Assembly (NCBI GenBank): GCA_018650165.1
Contig: JABIGM010000027.1
Span: 1-61,742 of the forward strand
Source: Methanobacteriota archaeon
GTDB taxonomy: Archaea; Thermoplasmatota; Poseidoniia; Poseidoniales; Poseidoniaceae
Length of the DNA: 61,742 bases
Direction of reading: 5' to 3'
Below the pieces are notes generated by a model. That model saw only the letters and a list, made by a program, of their open reading frames with translations, was not told the DNA's origin and did not search any database. Both the position numbers and the translations under genes were made by a program. Shown piece after piece: positions 44,865 through 53,938 of this stretch (positions within the stretch are counted from its first letter, which is position 1; the number at the start of each line of letters is the position of its first letter).

Positions 44865-45233
44865 TCAAAGCAGTTTCAGGTCGCCAGTGATTGCATCAAC
44901 TGCTAAACGCGGAGAAGGGCCAATTCCTAGAACGGTCACTGTCCCCGGGGGGATTTCAGTATGCCCTGCGTCCTTGATTAGTGAGCAGATTAAACTCCCT
45001 TCGAGAGCCTTGGCATACAATTGGCGTAGATGTGATTCATCATCAGCCCGTAGAACAATCTTACGTGCTCCGACCAAGTTCCAGCGTTCATACAAACGCG
45101 CTGCTTTCTTCTTAGCCTTCATAGCACAATCAACCGCTGCATGTGCACACTGTGCGGCTAACTTACCTTTGGATAGTTTGAGATCGTCCCGGGTCACTAG
45201 GACCATTGTGACCTCATCAAGCGGAGATGACAT
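44865..45233 (-). CDS. pth2: Peptidyl-tRNA hydrolase, archaeal/eukaryotic Pth2
   Basis: KMVLV-type start, LSKGKLAAQCAHAA, DAGHTEIPPGTVTVLGIGP and DAITGDLKLL. Confidence 0.95.
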   Translation of the reverse strand: MSSPLDEVTMVLVTRDDLKLSKGKLAAQCAHAAVDCAMKAKKKAARLYERWNLVGARKIVLRADDESHLRQLYAKALEGSLICSLIKDAGHTEIPPGTVTVLGIGPSPRLAVDAITGDLKLL

Positions 45234-45876
45234 CAGTCTCACCAAGTGGTTGTATCTCGTCGATATGAGAAGTCTCTTCGAAGACTAAGTTCGCAAGCCA
45301 AGGAGCTATCCAAACTGCACTAACCACGCTAGCAATAACGTGCATTGCATCAAATGGTAATCCGTTCAGAAGATATATGCCGAATTCAGAAATGGTCATC
45401 CCACTTGTAAAGATAGATAGTGAGACCCACCAGTCAAACATTACAGAAGCGAATATTGCTGAGATTACAAGGCGCTTCATCACGATTTCATTCTGGAATG
45501 CCAAACCAAGACGCGACCCTGCAAATGCGATTGCTGCCCATCCGCTAGCCTGGAATAATGTCCACCAGCCATGAGATAATACTAGATTTGAAATCATAGT
45601 TGCCATCACTGCAAATGCCATTCCACGACGGGCGCCAAGGGTCGCTCCCATTACCAAACACATCACGGTTAGTGGTTGAACATTTGGAAATGGTTCTAGT
45701 AGAATTCGACTTGCTGCTGCTGCTGTCGTGATGCTCGTTAGAACTAAGATTTCTCTCTTTGCAGAGTGTGCTGGTCTACACAAAAGGAAGAATGAAATGG
45801 TTATCAAAACCATGTTGACTACAAGGGATTCGACAGGAGAGAGGGTTGGACCGTGGACTCCGTCTGTTAGTGCCAT
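45217..45876 (-). CDS. ECF transporter S-component, CbrT-like (probable cobalamin substrate)
   Basis: Six to seven TM helices, AASRILLEPFPNVQPLT, SNLVLSHGWWTLFQ and GLPFDAMHVIA. Confidence 0.78.
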   Translation of the reverse strand: MALTDGVHGPTLSPVESLVVNMVLITISFFLLCRPAHSAKREILVLTSITTAAAASRILLEPFPNVQPLTVMCLVMGATLGARRGMAFAVMATMISNLVLSHGWWTLFQASGWAAIAFAGSRLGLAFQNEIVMKRLVISAIFASVMFDWWVSLSIFTSGMTISEFGIYLLNGLPFDAMHVIASVVSAVWIAPWLANLVFEETSHIDEIQPLGETDVISA

Positions 45877-45907
45877 GAACAGCGGTAGAGGACTCGAGAC
45901 TTGAACT

Positions 45908-47530
45908 TCACGCTAATGACCAACGTACAACGCTGTCTTCTCCTAGTTCTGCTTGAGAAATTCCTACCGAGGATCTTTTACCATCAATTGTAAACTCCCA
46001 ACCCTCTTCATCATGACCATCAAAAGCAGTCACCCATGTGCCAAAATCATATGACTCCTTAGATATCGAAATGTCCAATTCAGCTGCGGCTATATCGGTG
46101 AATTCCTCGACATTTTCATAGCCACTAAATCCACCAAGGGCTAATTCGCCATCTGGTAATTCGAATACAATAACCTGTGTACCCTGCCATTCATCTGGCC
46201 AAGAAGCATCCCAGTCCTCTTTTGAGTCATTTAGTGTATCAACTTCTTTTGACCATGTGTTGGATACATCTGGCAATATAAAAATCATAATTGCAAGGAG
46301 AAGTAGTAAGCCGACCTTAGTTGCCATTTTGTTATTCTTCTTTATTTGAAAGAAGAACATGGTTAAACATAGAAATATAATCAAGGATTCTTGAAAATAC
46401 GATTTTGATTTTTCAGAATCCGAGTCCTTTGTGATGAGGTCGGGCAAAAATACCATCAGCACTCCATTGTCGTTTCCAAGTGCTAATTCACCACTAGTTC
46501 CAAAGCCTGGGCCTGCCGTTGTATATGTGTCATGAAGGGTATGGAATGTAGTAACTTCAGAACCGGGATAGCCTATTCCCCAGCCGCCGCTAGGAGTGTT
46601 ATTTGGAAACCATATTTGTCCATCTAACTGCATTGTTATCTCGCCGTTAGTATGATAATTAGTTCGCCCCTCTATCGAACAATTTGTTTCACAATTTATA
46701 GAAATGAGATGAGAACTAGTTGCAAAAAATACCTTCTGTCCAACTTTCAACGGGATTGCTGAGGAATATCCTTCTCCAGATAATAATGTATTACCTACAT
46801 AGATTTCTGAGCCATTTGGTGTTTGAAGGTGGGTTATTACTCCGTGATTAGTTTCAATTGGGGCGTGTCTGATTTTTCCTTCCCCAATAGTAATATTGCT
46901 TACCGTGCCTTGTTTGGAAATTATATTGAGAATGCCTTCTTCATTCCCAAGAAGATAGTGTTCTTCGCTGACAGAAACTCCATTCCTCCAACCTAGTTGA
47001 GGTAGGTCTACTCTCAATTCAAGTTCGCCATCATCAAGACAGAAGGTGGACAGCCCTTTGCGAGTAGGAACTACAACTAAATCAGAATCCAATGACATAG
47101 CACCAGTAATACCCCAGGTAATTACTTCTGTTTGTGCAATCCAAATCAACGAACCATCTGTAATGTCCAAAGCTGTGACTCTACCATCGGTCCATCCAAC
47201 TAAAATCATTTCACTCCAATTCCCACAATCCCCTGCGCCTGCTTTGACATGAAGTAGTGGGCTCAAGTCGTGTTGAGTAGAAGTATTGCTGCGATACTTC
47301 CAATTCAACGTTCCTTCGTGTAAATTGTATGAATAAACATGCGGCCTATCTTCCTCTGTCCAAAATCCGGATGTTCTAACAATTACTTGATCTTCAACAA
47401 TAATCGGCTTAGTAGAGATGAAGCCGTTTTCTAAATCTACTTCCCAAGAAGAATCATTTTCTACAGAACCTGAAGAAGGTGGGATGAGCAGACAGAATAG
47501 TAGTCCGACCAAAACGATACAACGTTTCAT
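45908..47530 (-). CDS. PQQ-like beta-propeller + TM hairpin + DUF4430 (transcobalamin C-terminal-like) fusion
   Basis: Signal peptide and PQQ-type blades (YSYNLHEGTLNWKY; TALDITDGSLIWIA). Two TM helices separated by KKNNK, then C-terminal FGTWVTAFDG....GWEFTIDGKRSSVGISQAELGEDSVVRW. Confidence 0.72.
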   Translation of the reverse strand: MKRCIVLVGLLFCLLIPPSSGSVENDSSWEVDLENGFISTKPIIVEDQVIVRTSGFWTEEDRPHVYSYNLHEGTLNWKYRSNTSTQHDLSPLLHVKAGAGDCGNWSEMILVGWTDGRVTALDITDGSLIWIAQTEVITWGITGAMSLDSDLVVVPTRKGLSTFCLDDGELELRVDLPQLGWRNGVSVSEEHYLLGNEEGILNIISKQGTVSNITIGEGKIRHAPIETNHGVITHLQTPNGSEIYVGNTLLSGEGYSSAIPLKVGQKVFFATSSHLISINCETNCSIEGRTNYHTNGEITMQLDGQIWFPNNTPSGGWGIGYPGSEVTTFHTLHDTYTTAGPGFGTSGELALGNDNGVLMVFLPDLITKDSDSEKSKSYFQESLIIFLCLTMFFFQIKKNNKMATKVGLLLLLAIMIFILPDVSNTWSKEVDTLNDSKEDWDASWPDEWQGTQVIVFELPDGELALGGFSGYENVEEFTDIAAAELDISISKESYDFGTWVTAFDGHDEEGWEFTIDGKRSSVGISQAELGEDSVVRWSLA

Positions 47531-49521
47531 CAGGAATGCCTCTGAATAACTTCGCGTAATAGTGCACTTACCTGTTTACCATCAGCGACACCGCCGCATT
47601 CTTTCATTACCAAACCCATCAATGGTCCCAAAGCACCCATGCCTCGCTCCTTTACAAAATCAATTCTGCTTTCTACAACCTTCTCAACAATAGCGAGTAG
47701 GTCTCCTGAATCAGCAGGCTTTATTCCCAGTTCTTCTGCTTTGTTAGCGAGTTGGTCCATGCTTGGATTTTCGCCTGCAAATTCTTCCATCAGAGTAGAC
47801 ATTCCTTCTCTTGTAACGTGTCCTGCTTCTTTTGCAGCGAGTACTAAGGCCATCAGTCCGATTTCTCCGTTGTTCTCCAAAAGCATGGTAGCCCAAGCTT
47901 TTGCCGGAAGGCCGCTATTATGGGCGACGAAATAATCGTCCAATTCTCTGGATAGAAGCTGTTTCATTTGGTCTTCACTAATTGAAAAGGTTCCAAGTCT
48001 TTCCAATCTTTCAGATTGTGTCATCGGAAGGTTGTTGATGACTTTCTCCCAATGCTGAGAAGTAATTGAGTAGGGAGGGATATCCGTTTCAGGGTACATC
48101 CTAGCACCGCCCGGTAGTGGGCGCATTGGAGTTGTAGTCCCGTCCTCTGGAGATCCTTTTTTGATTACTACATTTCGAACTTCTTGTGAGATTCTCTCAA
48201 ACGCCATTCTTGCCCTATTGAGGACGCTTTCTAGAGCGAGTTCGGCTTGCCACCTAGGCGCTAGGCACAGTACAAAGGCATCTACCCCATTGAGGCACTC
48301 TCTTGCAGCATCGACAAATTCTTGCTCGATTCCATATGCCGGGAGTTCATCAGAATGGAATACTCCTGCAACACCTGCAAGTTTTGCTGCACCTGCAAGT
48401 TCTCTTCCTAAACGAGGCAACTGGGCTCCGTCTTCATCAAATTCTTTGACTCCTATCAAACCATTAAACCCTGGTAAAGGTAAAGCCAGCATTATTGATT
48501 TGGATTCTAAACCTGATTTTACCATTTTTGAATCACAACTTGTGAAAGCATCACTAACATCGATTAACTCTAACCCTAGTATCTGTGAAACTTCATCTGT
48601 AACATTTGGAGATTCTACTCGCCTATCTGGCGATAAAACGGGAAGTCCGTGTGCTGCTCTCAATTGATTAGCAAGACGGTAAAAATGAAGTTGCCTAGCC
48701 ATTTCACAACGGATGATTTTGGGAATCCAATCTAGATCTTGGCACCCTTTGATTTCAACTCTATCGCCACACATTATTGAGACGTTGAGGTCCTGTCGAA
48801 TACTTCCCAGTCCCCTTCTTACTCGGCGTGTGTCTCGAAGTGTTCTACCCAATGCAATCGAAGTTTGTTTTGCGTGGTCTGGAGTTTTTACATCTGGCGC
48901 AGTTGCGATTTCAATTAATGGAATGCCGAGCCTATCCAAATTCCAAGTTACTATTTCACCATCCGGAGTTAGTTCGTTATCCAACTTGCGAGCACTGTCT
49001 TCTTCTAAACAAAGTACATCGATTCCAACAGGGCCTCCCTCCGTCTCCAATACCCCATCTGTGGCTACTAGTGTAGTGCGCTGAAAACCACTTGTATTTG
49101 AGCCGTCTACTACGGTCTTACGCATGGTTTGTAGAAGTGGTACAGGATGCGCCCCAATCATTCCAGAAACCGTTAGCGAGATATCTAATGCATCCTTATC
49201 ATGGATTAATGGTGGTTGTTCATCAAGTTCAATTAAACCAGCATTAGGTGATTGACAATATACGAATGAGCGATTTCGACGCGCTTCAAATCTAGCTGCA
49301 ACATCTATTGCTCCGCCTTCGCCGCTAGCTGAGCGGAGGCGGCGGTTGTATTTGGGCCAGTTTTTTGGAAGGGTGTCTATTGTTACATCATGAAGTTCGC
49401 CTGGTTGGCGCGAGTGTAGTTTGCCAGTCGCCAATTGCTGATGAACCTCGATTCCGCACATGAAACCAAGATTTTCAGGATCCAGTGATGCAGGGGTTGC
49501 CACATTACCTTCCGGTTCCAT
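47530..49521 (-). CDS. gatE: Glu-tRNA(Gln) amidotransferase subunit E
   Basis: GIEVHQQL, MRKTVVDGSNTSGFQRT, CLEED, LDRLGIPLIEIAT, RGLGSIRQDLNVSI, RPLPGGARMYPETDIP and a Yqey-like tail. Confidence 0.96.
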   Translation of the reverse strand: MEPEGNVATPASLDPENLGFMCGIEVHQQLATGKLHSRQPGELHDVTIDTLPKNWPKYNRRLRSASGEGGAIDVAARFEARRNRSFVYCQSPNAGLIELDEQPPLIHDKDALDISLTVSGMIGAHPVPLLQTMRKTVVDGSNTSGFQRTTLVATDGVLETEGGPVGIDVLCLEEDSARKLDNELTPDGEIVTWNLDRLGIPLIEIATAPDVKTPDHAKQTSIALGRTLRDTRRVRRGLGSIRQDLNVSIMCGDRVEIKGCQDLDWIPKIIRCEMARQLHFYRLANQLRAAHGLPVLSPDRRVESPNVTDEVSQILGLELIDVSDAFTSCDSKMVKSGLESKSIMLALPLPGFNGLIGVKEFDEDGAQLPRLGRELAGAAKLAGVAGVFHSDELPAYGIEQEFVDAARECLNGVDAFVLCLAPRWQAELALESVLNRARMAFERISQEVRNVVIKKGSPEDGTTTPMRPLPGGARMYPETDIPPYSITSQHWEKVINNLPMTQSERLERLGTFSISEDQMKQLLSRELDDYFVAHNSGLPAKAWATMLLENNGEIGLMALVLAAKEAGHVTREGMSTLMEEFAGENPSMDQLANKAEELGIKPADSGDLLAIVEKVVESRIDFVKERGMGALGPLMGLVMKECGGVADGKQVSALLREVIQRHS

Positions 49522-49561
49522 GTTACCACCTGTGTTGACTCCTCAATATGAGCGCATCGTT

Positions 49562-51676
49562 TCAGACTGGCTGTAGAGTCTCATATCCGCCGGGCCGCAT
49601 GAGTCTTCCATCTCTGCACAGCGCGTCGATTAGGTCCTCTGCAACATCTCTACTGATGTCACTACGGCCTGCTTCGGTCAAAACATCGTTCAGAGACACT
49701 ATTTCTCCAGTTTCAACATGTAATCTTCGAACGATTTCAAGAATTGCTCGCTCACGATTTCGGGCTGTCGCTTTCTTTCCGGATTGAAGAGTTGTTTCGT
49801 CAAAATTTTCACCCATCAATTCATGCCGCCATAATTTTGTAAGACGGATTGAACGTTCTGCATCCTCAATAGTTGCTTCTTCTGATAAACGCACCCTTGC
49901 TGAAGCTTGAGCTAATCGGTAAAGACCTTCAATTGCTCTTGCAGAAATTGCAATCGAATCGAATGACTCTCCACCTTTTCTTCTAGTTTCAACATAGTAT
50001 TCTCTAAGTGCATTTTGCGCATCTGATGTTAGTTGTGGGTGGATTGTGCGTTTGGCTAATGCAATGTACTTTCTAATTAAATCACGATTTACAATTCCTT
50101 CTTTTTTATTGAACCCTTCAAATGCCGCTGTTTTTGTAGGGTCGACTGCGCTGCCTTGGTCGATTAATATCTCAGGAGTTGAATCCGCTCGATTATTCAT
50201 GATGTGGTTTGCAATTCTTGTATCATGGTCTTCAGCAGGTTGATCGGTTAGTAACCAAATTACATCAAATCGTGAAATCAATGCCGGCTTGAGATTGATT
50301 TGTTGGGTAAATGGCACCTCGGAAACAGATTGGAATCTCCCTGCTTTGGGGTTTGCTGCGGCTAGAATTGCGCAGCGGGTAGAGAGTGTTGCATTGATTC
50401 CTGCTTTCGATATTGAGATTCTCTGTTGCTCCATGGCCTCGTGCATTGAAGAGCGATCGTTTTCATTCATCTTATCGAATTCGTCAATAGCAGCTAATCC
50501 AAGGTCGGCTAAAGCAAGTGCACCTGCCTCTAAGGTCCAACGGCCATCTGCGGCTGCATCCTGAACGGCAGCTGCAGTTAATCCAGCGGCAGAGGCTGAC
50601 ATTCCAGATGTGAAACGGCCACGGGGTGAAATTTGTGACATGTAAGACAACAATTGAGATTTAGCGACACCGGGGTCTCCCATGAGCAAGATGTGGATAT
50701 CCCCGCGCAGTCTAGTCCCATCTTTTGCCTTAGATGCAACTCCTCCGAAAAGTTGTAACATCAGCGATTCTTTCTGGCGACTCATTCCAAAAATGGATGG
50801 TGCTATTGAATTTGTTAACAATTCATGAATGTCGTCGCGGCGTGCGAGTTCTTTGATTTCGTGTTCATCTTCTTCAGAAATTTGGATTTCTTCCAAAGGA
50901 ATATTTTCTCTCTGAATACTATGGATTCTCAAAAATATATCAAAAATTGGAGTTTCTTTTCCTGATTTGCGTTGTGACCGTACAAATAACATCCCATTGA
51001 CTGTAACTCGGTCACCAGGATTTAGTTGGCCTGCTAAATCATGCTCTGTAATACAGAGAATCCTTTCAGGTTGTACGCCTCCTCGCAAATTTTCTGGTGG
51101 CTCTTGTAATTCAATGAATTGTGTGTTGATTAAAATTGAGTCTTCGACCCTCTGAACGAATCTAGTTTGTCCTTTACGCCTACCGCACCCACCTTCAATT
51201 TCAAAACATTCAATCGGTTCAATCAATTCTTGCTCGTTAGGTTGGCTAACTCTAGTTGAATGTCCACACGCCACACAAACAAATGAGCCTTCATAAGTTC
51301 TCGGAAGTACACTACCGATTTTGGTTGCAATGGCATCCACTGAAATCATCGAACCCAAATCTTCGCTTCGAAGTTGACGAACTGTTCGATGAGAATCTGA
51401 AGGTAGTTCAATTATTCGGACAAATGCGACTATACGCGGAGAACCCAATTCGGAAAGCAGTAAGCCTAGTGCCTGGTTTGCTGCCTGCGTGTTGTTTTCA
51501 GGCTCTTCGACTATCGAAAGAGCAAAATCCGGATCAAAAGATTCGATGTCTCGGTATGAGATTTCTAGTGATTGAACATCTGGCCATGATACTTCCAAAT
51601 TGTGAATAGATTCACTGTAATTGTCAAGAAGTAGTGAGCGCCATCTTGCAGGTAGGTCAAATTCTTGAATTGTCAT
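49562..51676 (-). CDS. mcm: MCM replicative DNA helicase
   Basis: Zn finger CVACG...CFEIEGGC, Q.IELQE, APSIFG, Walker A GDPGVAKSQ, GLTAAA, LEAGAL, Walker B IDEFDKM, HEAMEQQ, Arg finger SRFD and a C-terminal wHTH. Confidence 0.96.
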   Translation of the reverse strand: MTIQEFDLPARWRSLLLDNYSESIHNLEVSWPDVQSLEISYRDIESFDPDFALSIVEEPENNTQAANQALGLLLSELGSPRIVAFVRIIELPSDSHRTVRQLRSEDLGSMISVDAIATKIGSVLPRTYEGSFVCVACGHSTRVSQPNEQELIEPIECFEIEGGCGRRKGQTRFVQRVEDSILINTQFIELQEPPENLRGGVQPERILCITEHDLAGQLNPGDRVTVNGMLFVRSQRKSGKETPIFDIFLRIHSIQRENIPLEEIQISEEDEHEIKELARRDDIHELLTNSIAPSIFGMSRQKESLMLQLFGGVASKAKDGTRLRGDIHILLMGDPGVAKSQLLSYMSQISPRGRFTSGMSASAAGLTAAAVQDAAADGRWTLEAGALALADLGLAAIDEFDKMNENDRSSMHEAMEQQRISISKAGINATLSTRCAILAAANPKAGRFQSVSEVPFTQQINLKPALISRFDVIWLLTDQPAEDHDTRIANHIMNNRADSTPEILIDQGSAVDPTKTAAFEGFNKKEGIVNRDLIRKYIALAKRTIHPQLTSDAQNALREYYVETRRKGGESFDSIAISARAIEGLYRLAQASARVRLSEEATIEDAERSIRLTKLWRHELMGENFDETTLQSGKKATARNRERAILEIVRRLHVETGEIVSLNDVLTEAGRSDISRDVAEDLIDALCRDGRLMRPGGYETLQPV

Positions 51677-51746
51677 AGTAATCTCCCCAACCAGACACCT
51701 TGAGCCGTTGTCGACCCTCTATAATGATTGAGTCTGTACTTTTCTT

Positions 51747-51767
51747 CCCCTTCATTTCCACTGGAAT
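51747..51767 (-). promoter_or_regulatory. Origin recognition box (ORB) with G-string: ATTCCAGTGGAAATGAAGGGG
   Basis: The + strand reads CCCCTTCATTTCCACTGGAAT. The reverse complement matches the archaeal ORB consensus TTCCAGTGGAAA-n4-GGGG. The site is intergenic, 71 bp upstream of mcm. Confidence 0.72.
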
Positions 51768-51784
51768 CTAATCGCATCACATAA

Positions 51785-51807
51785 CCTCCACTGGCTTCCA
51801 TTGGAAC
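51785..51807. promoter_or_regulatory. Two mini-ORB-like half-sites (CCTCCACTGG; TTCCATTGGAAC)
   Basis: Both share the TCCAnTGG core with the full ORB about 20-40 bp away. Confidence 0.45.
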
Positions 51808-51845
51808 ACCGCCAAGCACATTTCTATGAAGCCCATCGCAGGTTC

Positions 51846-52808
51846 ATGCCCGCCCACTCTTTTGAACCCATCAGAGGAAAAATCGAAAGATTCTCGTTTT
51901 CTTCTCTAAATCTAGAAAATCAAATCGGAGACCCCTTAGAACGGGAAGTCATGGTACATATTCCACCTAATGCAACTGGTAAATTACCTTGTATTATCTA
52001 CCTTGCACCATTTACTGGAACCGGTTTTGCTCGTGCTAATTGGAAGGCTTTTGGGGAAACGCTACCGCAGAGGCATGAACGACTGGTAAAAGACGGTTTA
52101 ATGGAACCATCGATACTCGTTATGCCAGATACCTTCACTTCGCTTGGAGGCAACCAATTTGTTGATTCTGCAATCGTTGGCGATTGGGGGACATGGTTGA
52201 ACACTGACCTACGGAATGAAATTAGTTCGCGATATGATGTCAGTGGGTTTGGACTGGTTGGAAAATCTAGTGGTGGCTATGGCGCCTTAGTTCGAGGTAT
52301 GTTGGACGATTGTTGGGCTGCAGTAGCATGTCATTCCGGAGATTGTGGTTTTGAAATCCTATATGGTATTGAATTGCCAAATACTCTTACACAAATTAAG
52401 CCTCATGGCGGGGTTGATGGTTTTCTCTCATATGTCAAAAATAGCAATTCGTTACGAAGTGCTGATTTTCACACATTGATGATTCTGGCTATGGCTGCTA
52501 CTTACAGCGATGGAACTCTTCCAACCGACGAAAATTGTATATTTGATGATGATAAATGGTCTGAGTGGAAATCATGGGACCCTCTAAACATGATCGAAGA
52601 TCACCAAAATCTTCCTTCTTGCTGGATTGACGTTGGCGATTCAGACCAATACAATATCCAATATGGTTTGCGACAACTTCACAACCGAATGATGGAATTA
52701 GATATTGGCCATGAGTGGGAAGAATTCCCGGGAACACATAGTGGAATTGACCACAGATTGGACCTTTCACTTCCCTGGATGGCTTCGAAGATTCAATCGA
52801 CATCATGA
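51846..52808 (+). CDS. Alpha/beta-hydrolase esterase (enterochelin esterase/S-formylglutathione hydrolase-like)
   Basis: Nucleophile GKSSGGYGA, DVGDSD and PGTHSG. ATG 51846 is preferred over TTG 51801. Confidence 0.8.
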   Translation: MPAHSFEPIRGKIERFSFSSLNLENQIGDPLEREVMVHIPPNATGKLPCIIYLAPFTGTGFARANWKAFGETLPQRHERLVKDGLMEPSILVMPDTFTSLGGNQFVDSAIVGDWGTWLNTDLRNEISSRYDVSGFGLVGKSSGGYGALVRGMLDDCWAAVACHSGDCGFEILYGIELPNTLTQIKPHGGVDGFLSYVKNSNSLRSADFHTLMILAMAATYSDGTLPTDENCIFDDDKWSEWKSWDPLNMIEDHQNLPSCWIDVGDSDQYNIQYGLRQLHNRMMELDIGHEWEEFPGTHSGIDHRLDLSLPWMASKIQSTS

Positions 52809-52834
52809 TGAGAGTGGCGCGGGTGGCAAGTGGT

Positions 52835-53929
52835 ATGGCAGAAGGCCTTGATTACGCCGGCAGTGGTGTCGACATCGATCTTGAAGGTAGTGCTGTTGGT
52901 GCCCTAGTAGGCGCATTATCACGGTCTGTAAGGAAACCTGGCAGCCCTGGAGCGCCAGTGGATTTGCCTGGTGGATTTGGCGGACTTGTTGAATTCGGGG
53001 ATAATTATCTGGCGTTAGCAACTGATGGAGTTGGTTCCAAATTATCGATTGCTACCAAACTTAACCAATGGGCAGGAGTCGGTATTGATTGTATGGCGAT
53101 GAATGTCAATGATTTGTTATGCGTTGGAGCTGAGCCAATCGCTTTCGTAGATTACATAGCAGTTCCAAAGCCCGACCCTGAGGTTCATGCCGCTCTAGGA
53201 GCGAGTCTAGCAGAAGCATGTAGGCGAGCAAGAGTTACGCTTGCTGGCGGTGAAACTGCAAGTTTACCTGGAATCGTCACAGAATTGGACTTATCCGGTA
53301 CCGCTCTTGGGTGGTTAGCAAAGGGTAGTGAAATTACTGGAGCTAATCTCAAAGAAGGGGATGTCCTAATCGGTATGCCTTCATCAGGAGTTCACTCTAA
53401 TGGGTACTCTCTGGTTCGCAATGTAGTGTCTCATTGTGGAGCGTCTTGGGAAGATGCGGCTCCGTTCGATTTAGATGAAGGGCGTATTGAGCGATTTAAT
53501 CAAGGCTCAATTACACTCGGAGAAGTTTTCCTTAATCCCACTAGAATTTACTGTGATCCTGTGGTTGACCTAATCCAAGAAGGGCCTTGTAATACTTCCA
53601 AAATCCATGGTATCTGCCATGTAACTGGAGGGGGACTTTCCAATCTTCTTCGCCTACATGATTCATTGGGGTGGCACATTGCAAACCCATTGCCAATATT
53701 ACCAGAATTCAAGTGGATTCAACAGCAAGGAAATGTTTCAGATAGAGAAATGCATCGTACATTCAATATGGGTTGTGGGATGATTATTGCTGTTGATTCT
53801 GAAGTAGCTGAATCTGTTTGCTCTTGGCTATCAGAGAGAATGAATGGATGCGCAATCATTGGAACTGTTGTAGATAATGGGCACAAAGTAACTCACGTTA
53901 ACCCAGAGATTCTGTTCGAACATTATTGA
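52835..53929 (+). CDS. purM: Phosphoribosylformylglycinamidine cyclo-ligase (AIR synthetase)
   Basis: DYAGSGVDI, GGFGG, TDGVGSK, GIDCMAMNVND, GGETA, SSGVHSNGYSL, HVTGGG and RTFNMGCG. Confidence 0.96.
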   Translation: MAEGLDYAGSGVDIDLEGSAVGALVGALSRSVRKPGSPGAPVDLPGGFGGLVEFGDNYLALATDGVGSKLSIATKLNQWAGVGIDCMAMNVNDLLCVGAEPIAFVDYIAVPKPDPEVHAALGASLAEACRRARVTLAGGETASLPGIVTELDLSGTALGWLAKGSEITGANLKEGDVLIGMPSSGVHSNGYSLVRNVVSHCGASWEDAAPFDLDEGRIERFNQGSITLGEVFLNPTRIYCDPVVDLIQEGPCNTSKIHGICHVTGGGLSNLLRLHDSLGWHIANPLPILPEFKWIQQQGNVSDREMHRTFNMGCGMIIAVDSEVAESVCSWLSERMNGCAIIGTVVDNGHKVTHVNPEILFEHY

Positions 53930-53938
53930 GGATAAATT

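Noticed and set aside
45877-47540. Cobalamin riboswitch upstream of the ECF or DUF4430 genes
   Set aside because: There are only 31 nt before the S-component gene and no gap before the propeller gene, so there is no space and I see no B12-box.
49562-51676. mcm as part of an integrated plasmid or provirus
   Set aside because: Full-length MCM with a wHTH tail, flanked by housekeeping genes. No integrase, tRNA or att repeats seen.
51801-51845. TTG start of the esterase given in the ORF track
   Set aside because: It lies inside the mini-ORB-like site. ATG 51846 gives a more plausible start.
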